Virus record (IMG/VR): IMGVR_UViG_3300022935_000005
Span: 216,914-280,913 of that record
Reading direction: 5' to 3' (one strand)
Length of the DNA stretch: 64,000 nucleotides
Shown: positions 1 through 9,840 of the stretch, one piece after another
Layout: every line of letters starts with the position of its first letter
Numbering within the stretch: the first letter of the stretch is position 1
Made by a program: the position numbers and the translations under genes
Notes under the pieces: generated by a model
What the model saw: only the letters and a program-made list of their open reading frames with translations
Databases searched by the model: none
Told to the model about the DNA's origin: nothing

Positions 1-1110
1 ACGGATGTCGTGGGATTCGGGAAAACACAGCAGCCATGGCGGATTTATCACTTCCCAAAAAAAGAGGAAGAAGCTAAAGTACTAATATCTTTCAAGAAGA
101 AAGCGATTCTGATCACTGGGACATTTTATTCGGGAGAGATCAAGAAGAGTATTTTTTCGGTACTAAATTTCGAGTTTCCTCAATCTGGCCACTTGCCGAT
201 GCATTGCTCAGTGAATGTAGACAAAGAGCGAAGGAACCCTGCTGTTTTCTTCGGTCTGTCAGGAACAGGAAAGACAACTCTTTCTTCTGACGAAAATCGC
301 ATTTTGATCGGTGACGACGAGCATGGGTGGACCGATAGCGGCTTGACTAATTTCGAAGGCGGTTGCTATGCGAAGACGATTCGACTATCTAAAGAAGCTG
401 AACCCCAGATCTGGGATGCGTGCAATAAGCCTGGAACAATATTGGAGAATGTTGCCTTTAATGAAGACCTGATGCCGGATTTTGATGACGGCACTCTTAC
501 CGAGAACAGCAGAGCTTCATACGCATGTTCTAGTGTTCCCGGCGCTGATCATAAAGGGTATGTCAATGAACACCCTGAGAACGTTATCATGCTTACCTGT
601 GACGCATTTGGTGTGCTACCTCCAGTGATGAAACTGTCACCTGACGAGGCTGTTACACAATTTTTGCTTGGTTATACCGCGAAAGTAGCCGGTACTGAAG
701 CTGGTGTCGTAGAACCGCAAGCAACATTCTCTGCATGCTTTGGCGCTCCCTTCATGCCTCTGCACCCTCGAGAGTATGCTGCTATCTTAAGGGAAAAGTT
801 GGTAAAACACGGCACCTCGTGTTGGCTGGTGAATACTGGCTGGACGGGAGGCTCTTACGGAGTGGGAAGAAGAATGCCGATATCTACTACGAGAGAGATT
901 ATCCAGAAGATTCATACCGGTGAGTTACGAGACTGCGCTACATTCGTTCATGAACCAACAGGCTTTACAGTACCGGACTGCGATAGTATTGAAGAAACAA
1001 TTCTTTACCCAGAAAAGGGCTGGAGCTCTAGAGAAGATTATGATTCCAAGTCTGCTGAGCTAATGTCTTTGTTCCGGGAACAGATGAAAAACATTGGGAT
1101 CTCTAGTTAA
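1..1110 (+). CDS. pckA: Phosphoenolpyruvate carboxykinase (ATP), 5'-truncated by the window edge
   Basis: Motifs HCSVN, FFGLSGTGKTTLS (P-loop), IGDDEHGW, NFEGGCYAK, ENSRASY, SACFGAPF, WLVNTGW; frame is open from position 1. Confidence 0.95.
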   Translation, partial: TDVVGFGKTQQPWRIYHFPKKEEEAKVLISFKKKAILITGTFYSGEIKKSIFSVLNFEFPQSGHLPMHCSVNVDKERRNPAVFFGLSGTGKTTLSSDENRILIGDDEHGWTDSGLTNFEGGCYAKTIRLSKEAEPQIWDACNKPGTILENVAFNEDLMPDFDDGTLTENSRASYACSSVPGADHKGYVNEHPENVIMLTCDAFGVLPPVMKLSPDEAVTQFLLGYTAKVAGTEAGVVEPQATFSACFGAPFMPLHPREYAAILREKLVKHGTSCWLVNTGWTGGSYGVGRRMPISTTREIIQKIHTGELRDCATFVHEPTGFTVPDCDSIEETILYPEKGWSSREDYDSKSAELMSLFREQMKNIGISS

Positions 1111-1208
1111 CTGGCTGTTTTTCACTATTATATTTTCACATAATGAGACAAGTTCAGAGGTGAAAAGAGTTCGCTTCTAGTAACCGTTAATTAGTCTGAA
1201 AAGACATG

Positions 1209-1230
1209 AGAGGGAACCACGGTTCCCTCT
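1209..1230 (+). terminator. Hairpin between pckA and the zorB-like gene
   Basis: AGAGGGAAC-CACG-GTTCCCTCT perfect 9-bp stem; U-tail weak. Confidence 0.45.
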
Positions 1231-1255
1231 TACCATCTACAAAAAGGGTCTAGAC

Positions 1256-1960
1256 TTGAGTAACAGAAATTTGCAAATTCCTTGGGCAAATATCTCTGAT
1301 ATGATGTCTGCCTTGATGATGGTGTTTTTGCTGATCAGCGTTACATACAGCTCTCAAGTGAAAAACAAGTCTGAGCAGCTAGAAGAGAAAAATAAGAAGA
1401 TCCACAAGATTACGGCGGATTTCTCAGACAGCAGGTATGAGATATACGCTAGTTTGAATGAAGCTTTTTCTCATAAGTTTGAAGAGTGGCACGCTACGCT
1501 AGACAGAGAAACTCTGACTTTACGCTTTAACAATCCTGCTATCTTATTCGAGCCGGGTAGCGACAGGTTGACGCCAGCTTTTGAAAAGATACTTGCTGAC
1601 TTGTGGACAAATTACATAGAAGTGCTTCGTAGATACCCAGAAGATGTGGCTGAGGTCAAAATACAAGGTCATACTTCTTCTGAATGGTCTGATTCCACCA
1701 TCGAAGAGTCTTATTTCAACAACATGAAACTGTCTCAAGAAAGGACTCGCTCTACGCTTATCTTCTGCTATAACTTGACCCCTATGGACAAAAGGGATTG
1801 GGTGATAGAGAATGTTACTGCTAACGGTATGTCTTTTGCTAGAACAATTAAGGCACCTGACGGCTCTGAAGACGTGGTGAGGTCAAGAAGAGTAGAGTTT
1901 ACAGTCGTTGTCAATTCACATATCGCTCTAGAAAAGATAGGAGAAGCTTTAGATGATTGA
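1256..1960 (+). CDS. MotB/ZorB-like membrane protein with OmpA-like peptidoglycan-binding domain
   Basis: TM segment WANISDMMSALMMVFLLI with the conserved Asp; LFEPGSDRL, IQGHTSSEW, NMKLSQERTRS, SRRVEF. Confidence 0.85.
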   Translation: MSNRNLQIPWANISDMMSALMMVFLLISVTYSSQVKNKSEQLEEKNKKIHKITADFSDSRYEIYASLNEAFSHKFEEWHATLDRETLTLRFNNPAILFEPGSDRLTPAFEKILADLWTNYIEVLRRYPEDVAEVKIQGHTSSEWSDSTIEESYFNNMKLSQERTRSTLIFCYNLTPMDKRDWVIENVTANGMSFARTIKAPDGSEDVVRSRRVEFTVVVNSHIALEKIGEALDD

Positions 1961-2684
1961 GCACATCACATGGACCACTTTTCTTCCATTGATATTCTTG
2001 GTTCCGCTCATACCACCCTTAAATCGCGTATTTTCTTTCATTGACCCCTCGAAGATGTCATATGGAGCCGCGACTTCTGGGGTTCTTCTGACTTTTTTTG
2101 GCGTTTGGCAGGGTCTAATAGGCTTTGACATTACTAACACTTCTGAGAGTCTTCCTTTTTTGATCGAGGGCTTGAAGATTGCGTTTGGTTCGTCGGTGGT
2201 TGGCCTCGGCACGAGCATGGTCATTAATCTCATTTTCGTTACTAATGATTTATCTGAGGCTGACAGCACCGCTAAAATTGTGGAGCATCTGGAAGAGGTA
2301 AGGGTGAGCTTAGAGAAGTTCTCTGAAACTTCCACACAGTTGCAGACCACAGCGCTTGTATCTGCTATCGAAACTCTTATAACAGATCTAGAGATGGGAA
2401 TTAATACGGAGACAAGGGAAGTGATGTCACGTTTTCGAACATCTGTTGAGTTTTTGAGAGAATGGCAAGAAAAATACGTCGATGAAATCAAAAATGTTAC
2501 TGAAGCTATGGATAAAAACGCGATTGTTACGCAGGCGACATCAGCACAGCTAGATAGGACTAATGAAGTGCTAGCAGAGCTAGCGCCCGTTACAGAAACC
2601 ATAGCGGATAGCATTGGTTGGGTCCGGACAGCGCTTCCAGCGATGAGAAAGAGAAACAACACTGGAGATAAAAGTGAAGAATGA
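1953..2684 (+). CDS. MotA/ExbB/ZorA-like proton-channel protein with helical cytoplasmic tail
   Basis: TSGVLLTFFGVWQGLIGFD...LIEGLKIAFGSSVVGLGTSM, followed by about 140 aa of coiled/helical tail; overlaps the upstream gene. Confidence 0.8.
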   Translation: MIEHITWTTFLPLIFLVPLIPPLNRVFSFIDPSKMSYGAATSGVLLTFFGVWQGLIGFDITNTSESLPFLIEGLKIAFGSSVVGLGTSMVINLIFVTNDLSEADSTAKIVEHLEEVRVSLEKFSETSTQLQTTALVSAIETLITDLEMGINTETREVMSRFRTSVEFLREWQEKYVDEIKNVTEAMDKNAIVTQATSAQLDRTNEVLAELAPVTETIADSIGWVRTALPAMRKRNNTGDKSEE

Positions 2685-3234
2685 GTTCGTGATTTTTGTT
2701 GGTCCGATGTTCGGTGGCAAAACAACAAAGCTGTTAAGCGCGATTGACCGATACAAATACCAGGGCAGAGATATCCATGTCTTTAAGCCTATTGTTGACG
2801 AAAGATATTCTGCTTCTGAAGTGGTTACCCATTGGGGTGCAAAAATACCTGCGACCCGGATTAACTCCGAGTCGATGTACGATACATTACAACCCTTTTT
2901 CTATCAGGCGTCTGACAAAGACAGGGCTGTTATCGCTGTTGATGAAGCTTTTATGATAGGTGGCATCGGTGATGCTTTGGTTCAGCTATTTAAGAATGGT
3001 CACACAATATTGGCGTCGTCTTTACAGCTGTCCTCTGACTTCACACCATATAAGGAGCTTGCAGCCATGCTGCCTTACGCCACGAAGGTAGAAGTCTGTC
3101 CAGCTGTCTGTTCTATATGCGGGGCGGATGCATACTACACGGAAAAGATCGGAGGCAGATCTGACCACGGTATCGAGGTCGGCGGTGCAGATATGTATCA
3201 GCCGAGATGTTTTAATCATTTTTTGAAGGAGTAA
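2674..3234 (+). CDS. tdk: Thymidine kinase
   Basis: GPMFGGKTT P-loop, IAVDEAF, CSICG and IEVGG..Y.PRC zinc/lasso motifs. Confidence 0.92.
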   Translation: MKNEFVIFVGPMFGGKTTKLLSAIDRYKYQGRDIHVFKPIVDERYSASEVVTHWGAKIPATRINSESMYDTLQPFFYQASDKDRAVIAVDEAFMIGGIGDALVQLFKNGHTILASSLQLSSDFTPYKELAAMLPYATKVEVCPAVCSICGADAYYTEKIGGRSDHGIEVGGADMYQPRCFNHFLKE

Positions 3235-3238
3235 ATAC

Positions 3239-3664
3239 ATGAGGAAAGGGATAATTGCCGGTAATTTTGACGTGATCCATCCGGGGTACGTTCGCTTTTT
3301 CAAAGATGCGAAAGAGAACGCATGCGATTGGCTCATAGTCGCTCTTCACGTTGATCCGACAATCGAACGTCCACTTAAGGCAAAGCCGATACTTTCGGCG
3401 GATGAGCGAACAGAGATCTTACTTTCCCTAAAGTACGTAGATGAAGTCTTATATTACAACACTGAGAAAGAGCTTACACAGGTCTTGTCGAGCGTACCAG
3501 ACCATGTAAGAGTGATAGGATCAGATTACCTCGGGAAAGAATTCACTGGTAAGTCTCTCGCAGGTGATATTTATTACCATAAGCGCGACCACAATTGGTC
3601 AACCACGAGGTTCAAGACTGAAATAGCACAGCAATGTATGAGACAGGGTTACATAGACAGATAG
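3239..3664 (+). CDS. Cytidylyltransferase-like (TagD/RfaE family) nucleotidyltransferase
   Basis: AGNFDVIHPGY (HIGH-like), LKYVDEV, GSDY, WSTT. Confidence 0.85.
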   Translation: MRKGIIAGNFDVIHPGYVRFFKDAKENACDWLIVALHVDPTIERPLKAKPILSADERTEILLSLKYVDEVLYYNTEKELTQVLSSVPDHVRVIGSDYLGKEFTGKSLAGDIYYHKRDHNWSTTRFKTEIAQQCMRQGYIDR

Positions 3665-3951
3665 GCCACCAAGTCTTTTTTGTTATTTTAAATCTTCTCG
3701 ATTATCTAACAACTCATACCTTGATCTCGACTGACGGGCAAGAGTTGATGCCTGTCGGTAACGCTGTTATAGAAAATTATGGTCTTATCGGGCTCTTGGT
3801 ATTTAAGCTGTCATTGACATTTTTAGTCATTCTACTGGGTAAGGTATTCAGGTTCAAAGATTCACTGTGGGAACTATTGAACGGCTTCCTGACAGCGGTC
3901 GTTGTTTGGAACAGCACAGGGATATTTCTGTCAATGTTCTTCCCCGTCTAG
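3634..3951 (+). CDS. Small integral membrane protein (DUF5658-like)
   Basis: NLLDYLTT...ELMPV pattern and three hydrophobic segments. Confidence 0.55.
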   Translation: MYETGLHRQIGHQVFFVILNLLDYLTTHTLISTDGQELMPVGNAVIENYGLIGLLVFKLSLTFLVILLGKVFRFKDSLWELLNGFLTAVVVWNSTGIFLSMFFPV

Positions 3952-5846
3952 GCGGTGGGATCTTCGTACCATTCTTCCATGAATGATTCACCGGTGATTT
4001 CTTCTAGTCTTCTGATCATTTTTTCCATATTGATTTTTACAACTTTACCAGTTTTGACATTTCTAGAAAAATACTGCCACTCACCTTCTTCGTTGTGAGG
4101 GGATATTTGCGTAACATTGCCTGCTTCGTCTCTTACAAAAACTTCAGCAGAAGAAGCAACGTCTTTGGAGTAAATGTGAGCGTAATTGGTTACAGTGCTA
4201 GGATCACTTGTTGCTTGCATCGCAATTCTGCCATCAATCTCTAAATCTCCTAAAAACCTAGAATTACCTTTTACATCTAGTTCAGCACTTGGGTTGCTAG
4301 TTCCAATTCCCACACTTCCGGAAGTGTTAAAATGAATAGTACTCGACACATCACTTCCTAGTGTTGCTTCAGACACAATCGATGCATCACCACCTAAAGT
4401 GCCATGATATCCTCCGACATAATCTTTTATTCCATCTTGACCTGTGGTGTCAATGTGGTCTCCCATTTTCCACCAGTGGACTAAATCACTGTATGCAGAG
4501 TACTCTTCCATGTTCTTTACATTTCCGTCGTTGTAAAGTTCTTGAACTTCTGTGGGAGTAAGTACGCGATTAAACCTACACACATCTGCTAATTTACCAG
4601 CGAGCGCATTACTTGTTGAGTCGTTAACATCGATGCCGCCTAAAGTTGTTGGTATTGAGGTTTGAGGCATCCCGGAATAGTTCGTTGAGGTTTGTGTTGT
4701 GAAATATATTAGGTTGGGTACGTTCAAATCATTATTGATTGATGATCCACCGCCTCCCTCATAAATACTTCCATTCCCAACTGGATGTGAGTTCTTATAA
4801 ACTCTTATTCCGGACGTCGCTTTGCTTCCATCGTAAGTAACACAAAGATGAAACCAAGTATTTTCTGCGTGGAAAAATTTACTATTTGCAGAGGTTTGGG
4901 CTACCGCTATCCTGTTTGATGTACTAAAGGTTCCAACACCGTTTTGATCTGGGTCTGCATATAAAATAATTTGTAGCAGACCGCTTCCAACCCCAATATA
5001 AATTTCGCCATCATTAGGTGAAGTAGACCTTTTTGTATATAACCCACCTGCATGCTTCCCGTTTGTTCCATCGTAGTCTATCTCTTCTAGATTGACCCAC
5101 ATAGAAATAGTGAATGCTTTGTCAGTGCCCTGGCCAGAACTAAATGAAGTGTCTGTTGTAGCATCAGAAATAGTTACTTCATCAAACGGAGAGAGTCCGT
5201 CGAGCTGAATTGCCTTCTGGTTTACTAATGAGTCTGATTTTATTTGCACAGACCCAGTGACGCTAAAACTTCCTGTCACAAATGTATTACCTTGAAGTTT
5301 TGAAGTACCTTCTACATGAAGCACGTCAGTTGGCGTTGACGTTCCAATTCCGACTTTATCGTTCGCACCATCAACATAAAGCATATGTGTGTTGTTGTCT
5401 GACTCAACTCGAAAGTTAACTAGCGAGTCTGATGTTTGGTTAACGACAACCTCTGGAACAGCACCATCCAATCGCAATCCTTCACGGGAAGTTCCTGCGT
5501 CACTTGCTTTAAAAACGATATGTTTGTTTGAGTATAGGTTTTCAATTAGGATATTATTTGATGAATTGATCCCAATCAGAGCTCGATCACTATCATCTTC
5601 GGTAAATCTAATGAACGTTTCGTCACTCTGTCCTTCAACTCCGTTTATAGTGAGTTTCTCTGACGGAGTCTCGGTACCGATGCCTACATTCCCATGATCG
5701 TCGATGATAGCTCTTTCCGAACCGTTCGTTGAGAATCTAATTTTATTTTCATTAGGGTTCTGTTCAACTTCTACCTTCGTGTCTCCATCTTTATCTTCTA
5801 GGGTGTCCTCAGTGATGGCACCGGCTCTAATTTTGGTAATTGGCAT
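3948..5846 (-). CDS. Tail-fibre/virion-like protein with LamG (concanavalin-like) domain
   Basis: Repeated GNVGIGTxTP beta-helix units, FTISMWV...WFHLCVTYDG...LADVCRFNRVLT LamG signature; AGGAGG RBS and ATATTTA box upstream. Confidence 0.7.
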   Translation of the reverse strand: MPITKIRAGAITEDTLEDKDGDTKVEVEQNPNENKIRFSTNGSERAIIDDHGNVGIGTETPSEKLTINGVEGQSDETFIRFTEDDSDRALIGINSSNNILIENLYSNKHIVFKASDAGTSREGLRLDGAVPEVVVNQTSDSLVNFRVESDNNTHMLYVDGANDKVGIGTSTPTDVLHVEGTSKLQGNTFVTGSFSVTGSVQIKSDSLVNQKAIQLDGLSPFDEVTISDATTDTSFSSGQGTDKAFTISMWVNLEEIDYDGTNGKHAGGLYTKRSTSPNDGEIYIGVGSGLLQIILYADPDQNGVGTFSTSNRIAVAQTSANSKFFHAENTWFHLCVTYDGSKATSGIRVYKNSHPVGNGSIYEGGGGSSINNDLNVPNLIYFTTQTSTNYSGMPQTSIPTTLGGIDVNDSTSNALAGKLADVCRFNRVLTPTEVQELYNDGNVKNMEEYSAYSDLVHWWKMGDHIDTTGQDGIKDYVGGYHGTLGGDASIVSEATLGSDVSSTIHFNTSGSVGIGTSNPSAELDVKGNSRFLGDLEIDGRIAMQATSDPSTVTNYAHIYSKDVASSAEVFVRDEAGNVTQISPHNEEGEWQYFSRNVKTGKVVKINMEKMIRRLEEITGESFMEEWYEDPTA

Positions 5847-5886
5847 CTTAAAATCCTCCTGGCTTTAGTGTTTAAATATCTTCAAC

Positions 5887-5919
5887 AATCGTGCAAAACT
5901 AAACCACGCTTGATATAAT
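5887..5919 (+). promoter_or_regulatory. Repeated promoter, copy 1 (AATCGTGCAA-N17-TATAAT)
   Basis: AATCGTGCAA 5887-5896, TATAAT 5914-5919. Confidence 0.75.
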
Positions 5920-5952
5920 ACTTACATCATAGGATTAGAAACAGGAGAAAAA

Positions 5953-7890
5953 ATGGGAGCACTTGGCGGCCACATGGCTCATCTTCATGAGTCATTAGAA
6001 CTTACGTTTGATGAACTTTCGACTATTCTTGATAGTGTAGCAAACGCTGACATATCGGCGACTGAAAAGGTTGATGGTCAAAACCTGTTTTTGACAGTGA
6101 AGAGTGACGGGTCTATCAACACTGCCCGTAATGGCGGGGACCTAAAGAAGGGTGGAATGACTCCTAATGAGTTTGCTGCTAAGTGGAAGGGTCACCCCGC
6201 GGAGAGCGCTTTCACTAAGGGGTTCGAGGCAATCTCTCAAGCTATTAAATCCCTTGACCAGTCGACTTTAAATGACTTGTTTGCCAATGGGACGAGATAC
6301 GTTAATATGGAAGTCATGTACCCAGGCAATCCGAACATGATCGTGTATGATGCCGGCAACGTGGTACTTCATAACTTCCAAACGTTCGATTCTTCTGGCG
6401 CTCCCGTCGATGATCCAGACGCCCGCACCGCATTTCAACAGCTTGTTTCTGCTGTCGATGAAGCTGAGTCTGATGTCGATGGTGAAGCTTGGCTAGTGAA
6501 GGGTCCTGTAATCGCCCAGCTGCAGAGGCTAGCAGATGGGACAGCGCTCAAGGAAGTTCAAGCAGCGATCCAGAGGATTGCTTCGCCAGTGGGGATGTCT
6601 GCGACACTTGGGGATCTCGCAGAGTTGCGCTTGAGAGCCACGGCAATTCAGGCCGGTATACCAGAAAATAAGGTCGACCAGATGATGGACGCTGCGTTCG
6701 AGCGTGAGGGCGCTGCGTCTGTTAGGGACATCAAGAAAGGTTTGACGAAAGAACAGCAGGGCGTTGTTTCGAAGTTGGCAACTAAAGCCAACGCCAGGAA
6801 AGCGGTTGGTGCAGCCATGAAGCCGCTTGAATTAGCGATTACTGACTTTGCGATTGAAGTCCTCAGAGGGATGGAGAGCTACTTTGTTTCTGATACTGAT
6901 AAGGAATTGGCCCGACAACGGAATGAGCTTTCTAGGGCCATTGACTACCTCGAGGGACTAGCTACATCAGGTGACGAGGAGGTCGGTAAGATGGTCGACC
7001 GCCAGCTTGAGAAGTTGACTGACATCGAGAATCAGATTAATAGTACGATGGAGGGTATCGTCTTTGAATATCCACCTGGATCGGGAGAACTTAAGAAGCT
7101 TACCGGATCATTTGCGATGATGAATCAATTGGTTGGGAGAGCAAAGCGAGCAGGTATGCCTTCTGGTAGTGCGGTCGAGGAATCGTATGGTCGAGCTGCG
7201 TTCTCTTCTAGTGAATCAGCTTCGATTTACGACTTGATCTTGAATGAGCAAGCCTTCGTCGATAAGGGAAAGAGGGTCGGGTTGATTCCTGTCTCTGGAA
7301 AGCCGTATCACGCAGGACATCATTATCTTGTAGAGCAGGCAGCTGCCGATAATGACGAAGTTGTGCTTTTCGTTTCTACCTCTGATAGGAAAAGGAAAGG
7401 TGAAATGTCTATCTTGGGTGTAGACATGCTTCAAGTCTGGAAGCAAGAGCTAGAGAAGATTATGCCTACAAATGTCCGGGTAGAGTACGGAGGATCTCCT
7501 GTTCGTAAAGTCTATGACACCATTGGGAAAGCGTGTGAAGCGGGTGACGCTGAGGAAACCTACGTCATCTATTCAGATCCCACAGACACGATGCAGAACT
7601 ACCCGCAAGTGAATAGAGACAAATACATGCAGCCTATGTGTCGAATGGGACAAGTGGTTTTTGCGGCAGAAGAAGACCCGACAAGGTTTGAGAGAGGGGA
7701 GGGTTCACCAGATGTAAGCGGTACGAAAATGCGCGCCGCCATGGCAGCTGGAGATTTTGAAACCTTTGCAGCTGGTATGCCCGCAGGGGTTAACTCAAGA
7801 AATGTCTGGAGCATCTTGACTCACGATGAACCTTCTCCCACGTCGGAATCCAAGAAGTACTCTCTGGTATCAGCCCTTTACGGAAGTTAG
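5953..7890 (+). CDS. Two-domain protein: ligase-like KxDG N-terminal domain plus C-terminal HIGH-type nucleotidyltransferase
   Basis: MGALGGHMAH start, TEKVDGQN, C-terminal GKPYHAGH and VSGTKMR. Confidence 0.6.
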   Translation: MGALGGHMAHLHESLELTFDELSTILDSVANADISATEKVDGQNLFLTVKSDGSINTARNGGDLKKGGMTPNEFAAKWKGHPAESAFTKGFEAISQAIKSLDQSTLNDLFANGTRYVNMEVMYPGNPNMIVYDAGNVVLHNFQTFDSSGAPVDDPDARTAFQQLVSAVDEAESDVDGEAWLVKGPVIAQLQRLADGTALKEVQAAIQRIASPVGMSATLGDLAELRLRATAIQAGIPENKVDQMMDAAFEREGAASVRDIKKGLTKEQQGVVSKLATKANARKAVGAAMKPLELAITDFAIEVLRGMESYFVSDTDKELARQRNELSRAIDYLEGLATSGDEEVGKMVDRQLEKLTDIENQINSTMEGIVFEYPPGSGELKKLTGSFAMMNQLVGRAKRAGMPSGSAVEESYGRAAFSSSESASIYDLILNEQAFVDKGKRVGLIPVSGKPYHAGHHYLVEQAAADNDEVVLFVSTSDRKRKGEMSILGVDMLQVWKQELEKIMPTNVRVEYGGSPVRKVYDTIGKACEAGDAEETYVIYSDPTDTMQNYPQVNRDKYMQPMCRMGQVVFAAEEDPTRFERGEGSPDVSGTKMRAAMAAGDFETFAAGMPAGVNSRNVWSILTHDEPSPTSESKKYSLVSALYGS

Positions 7891-7954
7891 TGAACAAGCA
7901 CGGTTATTTTCTTATACTTGTTATGGCTTAAGCCGCAAGCAAAAGGAGAAAAAC

Positions 7955-8962
7955 TTGTTCCGTAAAGCCCTATCTTTTGACGACGTCTTACTCGTACCGA
8001 AGTATTCTGGCGTTCACTCACGTTCTGATATCGATCTCACTCTTGAGATTATGACAGACGAATCCATGAAGCTGCCGGTATTTGCAGCTCCAATGGATAC
8101 CATCATGAATGCAGAGATGGCTAGAGTTTTATTCGAAGCTGGAGCTCGCGGTGTTATGCATAGATACTGCAGTATCGAAGAGCAGGTCGCAGTTGTCAAG
8201 GAGGTAACTGATCAGGCTGAAATATTCGCTGCAGTAGGTATAACAGGAGATTATTATGATAGAGCAGGAGCCCTTATCGATGCAGGAGCTGTTGGGATTT
8301 GTGTGGACGTGGCTCATGGACATCACCGATCTGCAATTGATGCTATTCGAAACCTTAGTCGCACTTACAGAAATACTCATATAATGGCAGGCAACGTTGC
8401 CACCCTACGGGCTTTTGATGATTTAGCGGAAGCTGGAGCCAACTCTATCCGTGTTGGTGTCGGAGGTGGTTCCATCTGTAGTACCAGGATTATGACCGGT
8501 CACGGTGTACCGACATTACAGAGTGTTCTGGACTGCGCGTTGTCAGAGTCGGATGCTTTGCTTATCGCTGATGGTGGTATTAAGAACACTGGAGATATGG
8601 TGAAAGCGTTGGCTGCAGGTGCTGATGCAGTAATGGTTGGTAGAATGCTGGCTGGAACCACCGAGACCCCTGGACAGGTTATTGTTAACCCTGGAGAGAG
8701 GCCCACGAAAGTGTACAGGGGTATGGCAAGCCCGGAGGCTCAAGTTGCTTGGAGAGGTCGATATTCATCAAATGAAGGTGTAAGTAGGACTGTACCACTA
8801 AGAGGTTCTGCAAGAGCTGTGCTGTTTGAGATTGATAAGGGAATTCGTAGTGGTATATCTTATTCTGGAGCATTTTCTGTGAGAGAGCTACAGGCAAGGG
8901 CTGAGTTTATTGAGCAGTCTGCTGCTGGAGCTCGCGAGAGTTCGACGCATATTGACAACTAG
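7955..8962 (+). CDS. IMP dehydrogenase / GMP reductase family protein without CBS domains
   Basis: LSFDDVLLVP, APMDT, DVAHGH, GNVAT, VGVGGGSICSTR, ADGGI, YRGMAS; TTG start at 7955 after AGGAG. Confidence 0.9.
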   Translation: MFRKALSFDDVLLVPKYSGVHSRSDIDLTLEIMTDESMKLPVFAAPMDTIMNAEMARVLFEAGARGVMHRYCSIEEQVAVVKEVTDQAEIFAAVGITGDYYDRAGALIDAGAVGICVDVAHGHHRSAIDAIRNLSRTYRNTHIMAGNVATLRAFDDLAEAGANSIRVGVGGGSICSTRIMTGHGVPTLQSVLDCALSESDALLIADGGIKNTGDMVKALAAGADAVMVGRMLAGTTETPGQVIVNPGERPTKVYRGMASPEAQVAWRGRYSSNEGVSRTVPLRGSARAVLFEIDKGIRSGISYSGAFSVRELQARAEFIEQSAAGARESSTHIDN

Positions 8963-8986
8963 GGGATAATAAACCTCGTTAACTCA

Positions 8987-8993
8987 ATATTTA
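8987..8993 (+). promoter_or_regulatory. Putative late-promoter box ATATTTA
   Basis: Same heptamer at 5873-5879 (- strand), 21253, 30435, 40245 and 60848, each shortly before an ORF or ORF cluster. Confidence 0.5.
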
Positions 8994-9025
8994 GATTTGA
9001 ACACCAACGTGGAGAAGATTGAGAT

Positions 9026-9478
9026 ATGGCGAGCACAATCAGTACAGCTACTCTACAAGTCCAGATACTTGAAGACATTGAGCTTAATGGAGTCAAGAGG
9101 GGGTCTAGGGCGTACCACACATTTGCTAATATTAAGCAAATCGATGAGAGAATTCTAACGGTACCTACATATGAGGTAGATATTCTGCTTCTTAGCTCTT
9201 CAGCTGCTGCTGGTACTTATGCTACCAATAGCTTTAAGTACGCGAGGCTTACCAATCTAGATGATACTAATTATGTTTCGATCACCCTGCTGTCTGGTTC
9301 GCAGGGCTCGAAGTCAGTCCAGAAATTGCTTCCTAAGACGAGTATGATGATAACAGACCTTGCTCTATCAGGGTCATCAGCGGGTGTTTCTTTCGGGTCA
9401 TTCAACGATATCACAGCTGTAAAGGCTAGCGCTAATTCTGCTAATGTTGATTTGTCGCTTTTTGTGGCTACAACTTAG
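9026..9478 (+). CDS. Hypothetical protein, probably structural (beta-rich)
   Basis: S/T/A-rich; KYARLTNLDDTNYV; follows an ATATTTA box. Confidence 0.45.
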   Translation: MASTISTATLQVQILEDIELNGVKRGSRAYHTFANIKQIDERILTVPTYEVDILLLSSSAAAGTYATNSFKYARLTNLDDTNYVSITLLSGSQGSKSVQKLLPKTSMMITDLALSGSSAGVSFGSFNDITAVKASANSANVDLSLFVATT

Positions 9479-9545
9479 TGTCTAACGAATATAATCCAAG
9501 GTGAGATTCATATGAACAGTAACCAAAGAACTGACAGAGGCAAGA

Positions 9546-9833
9546 ATGGTTGATCTTGAATTGAGCTTAAAGGCACTACAAGCGGGTATTTTACCTGCCT
9601 TCTCCGGTGATGAGGTTGCCAAGCTGCTTGAGACATGTGATCCAGAAGAGGCTCATCGTCTTAAGCGGAGGTTTCGTAAGCTGTGGCGGAAAGAAATGAA
9701 AGCTCAACTTCGTGATTGTTCTTCTGATATTGAGATTAAGCGCACTGCCGCTACATTTTCGACGCCTGCTTCGAAAAGAGCAACTGTTAAGTTCAAGCTA
9801 TTAAGCGAGATTTTAGGAAAAAAAGAAGAGTAA
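9546..9833 (+). CDS. Hypothetical protein
   Basis: ORF with GAGG RBS, in line with neighbours. Confidence 0.5.
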   Translation: MVDLELSLKALQAGILPAFSGDEVAKLLETCDPEEAHRLKRRFRKLWRKEMKAQLRDCSSDIEIKRTAATFSTPASKRATVKFKLLSEILGKKEE

Positions 9834-9840
9834 GAAAGCT

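Noticed and set aside
1256-2684. Complete Zorya system or flagellar stator operon
   Set aside because: No zorC/D/E-like or flagellar genes are adjacent, and the order is B then A.
1949-2728. Long antisense ORFs (also 10833-11555, 37494-37985, 51174-51629)
   Set aside because: They shadow well-supported + strand genes and have no motifs or RBS support.
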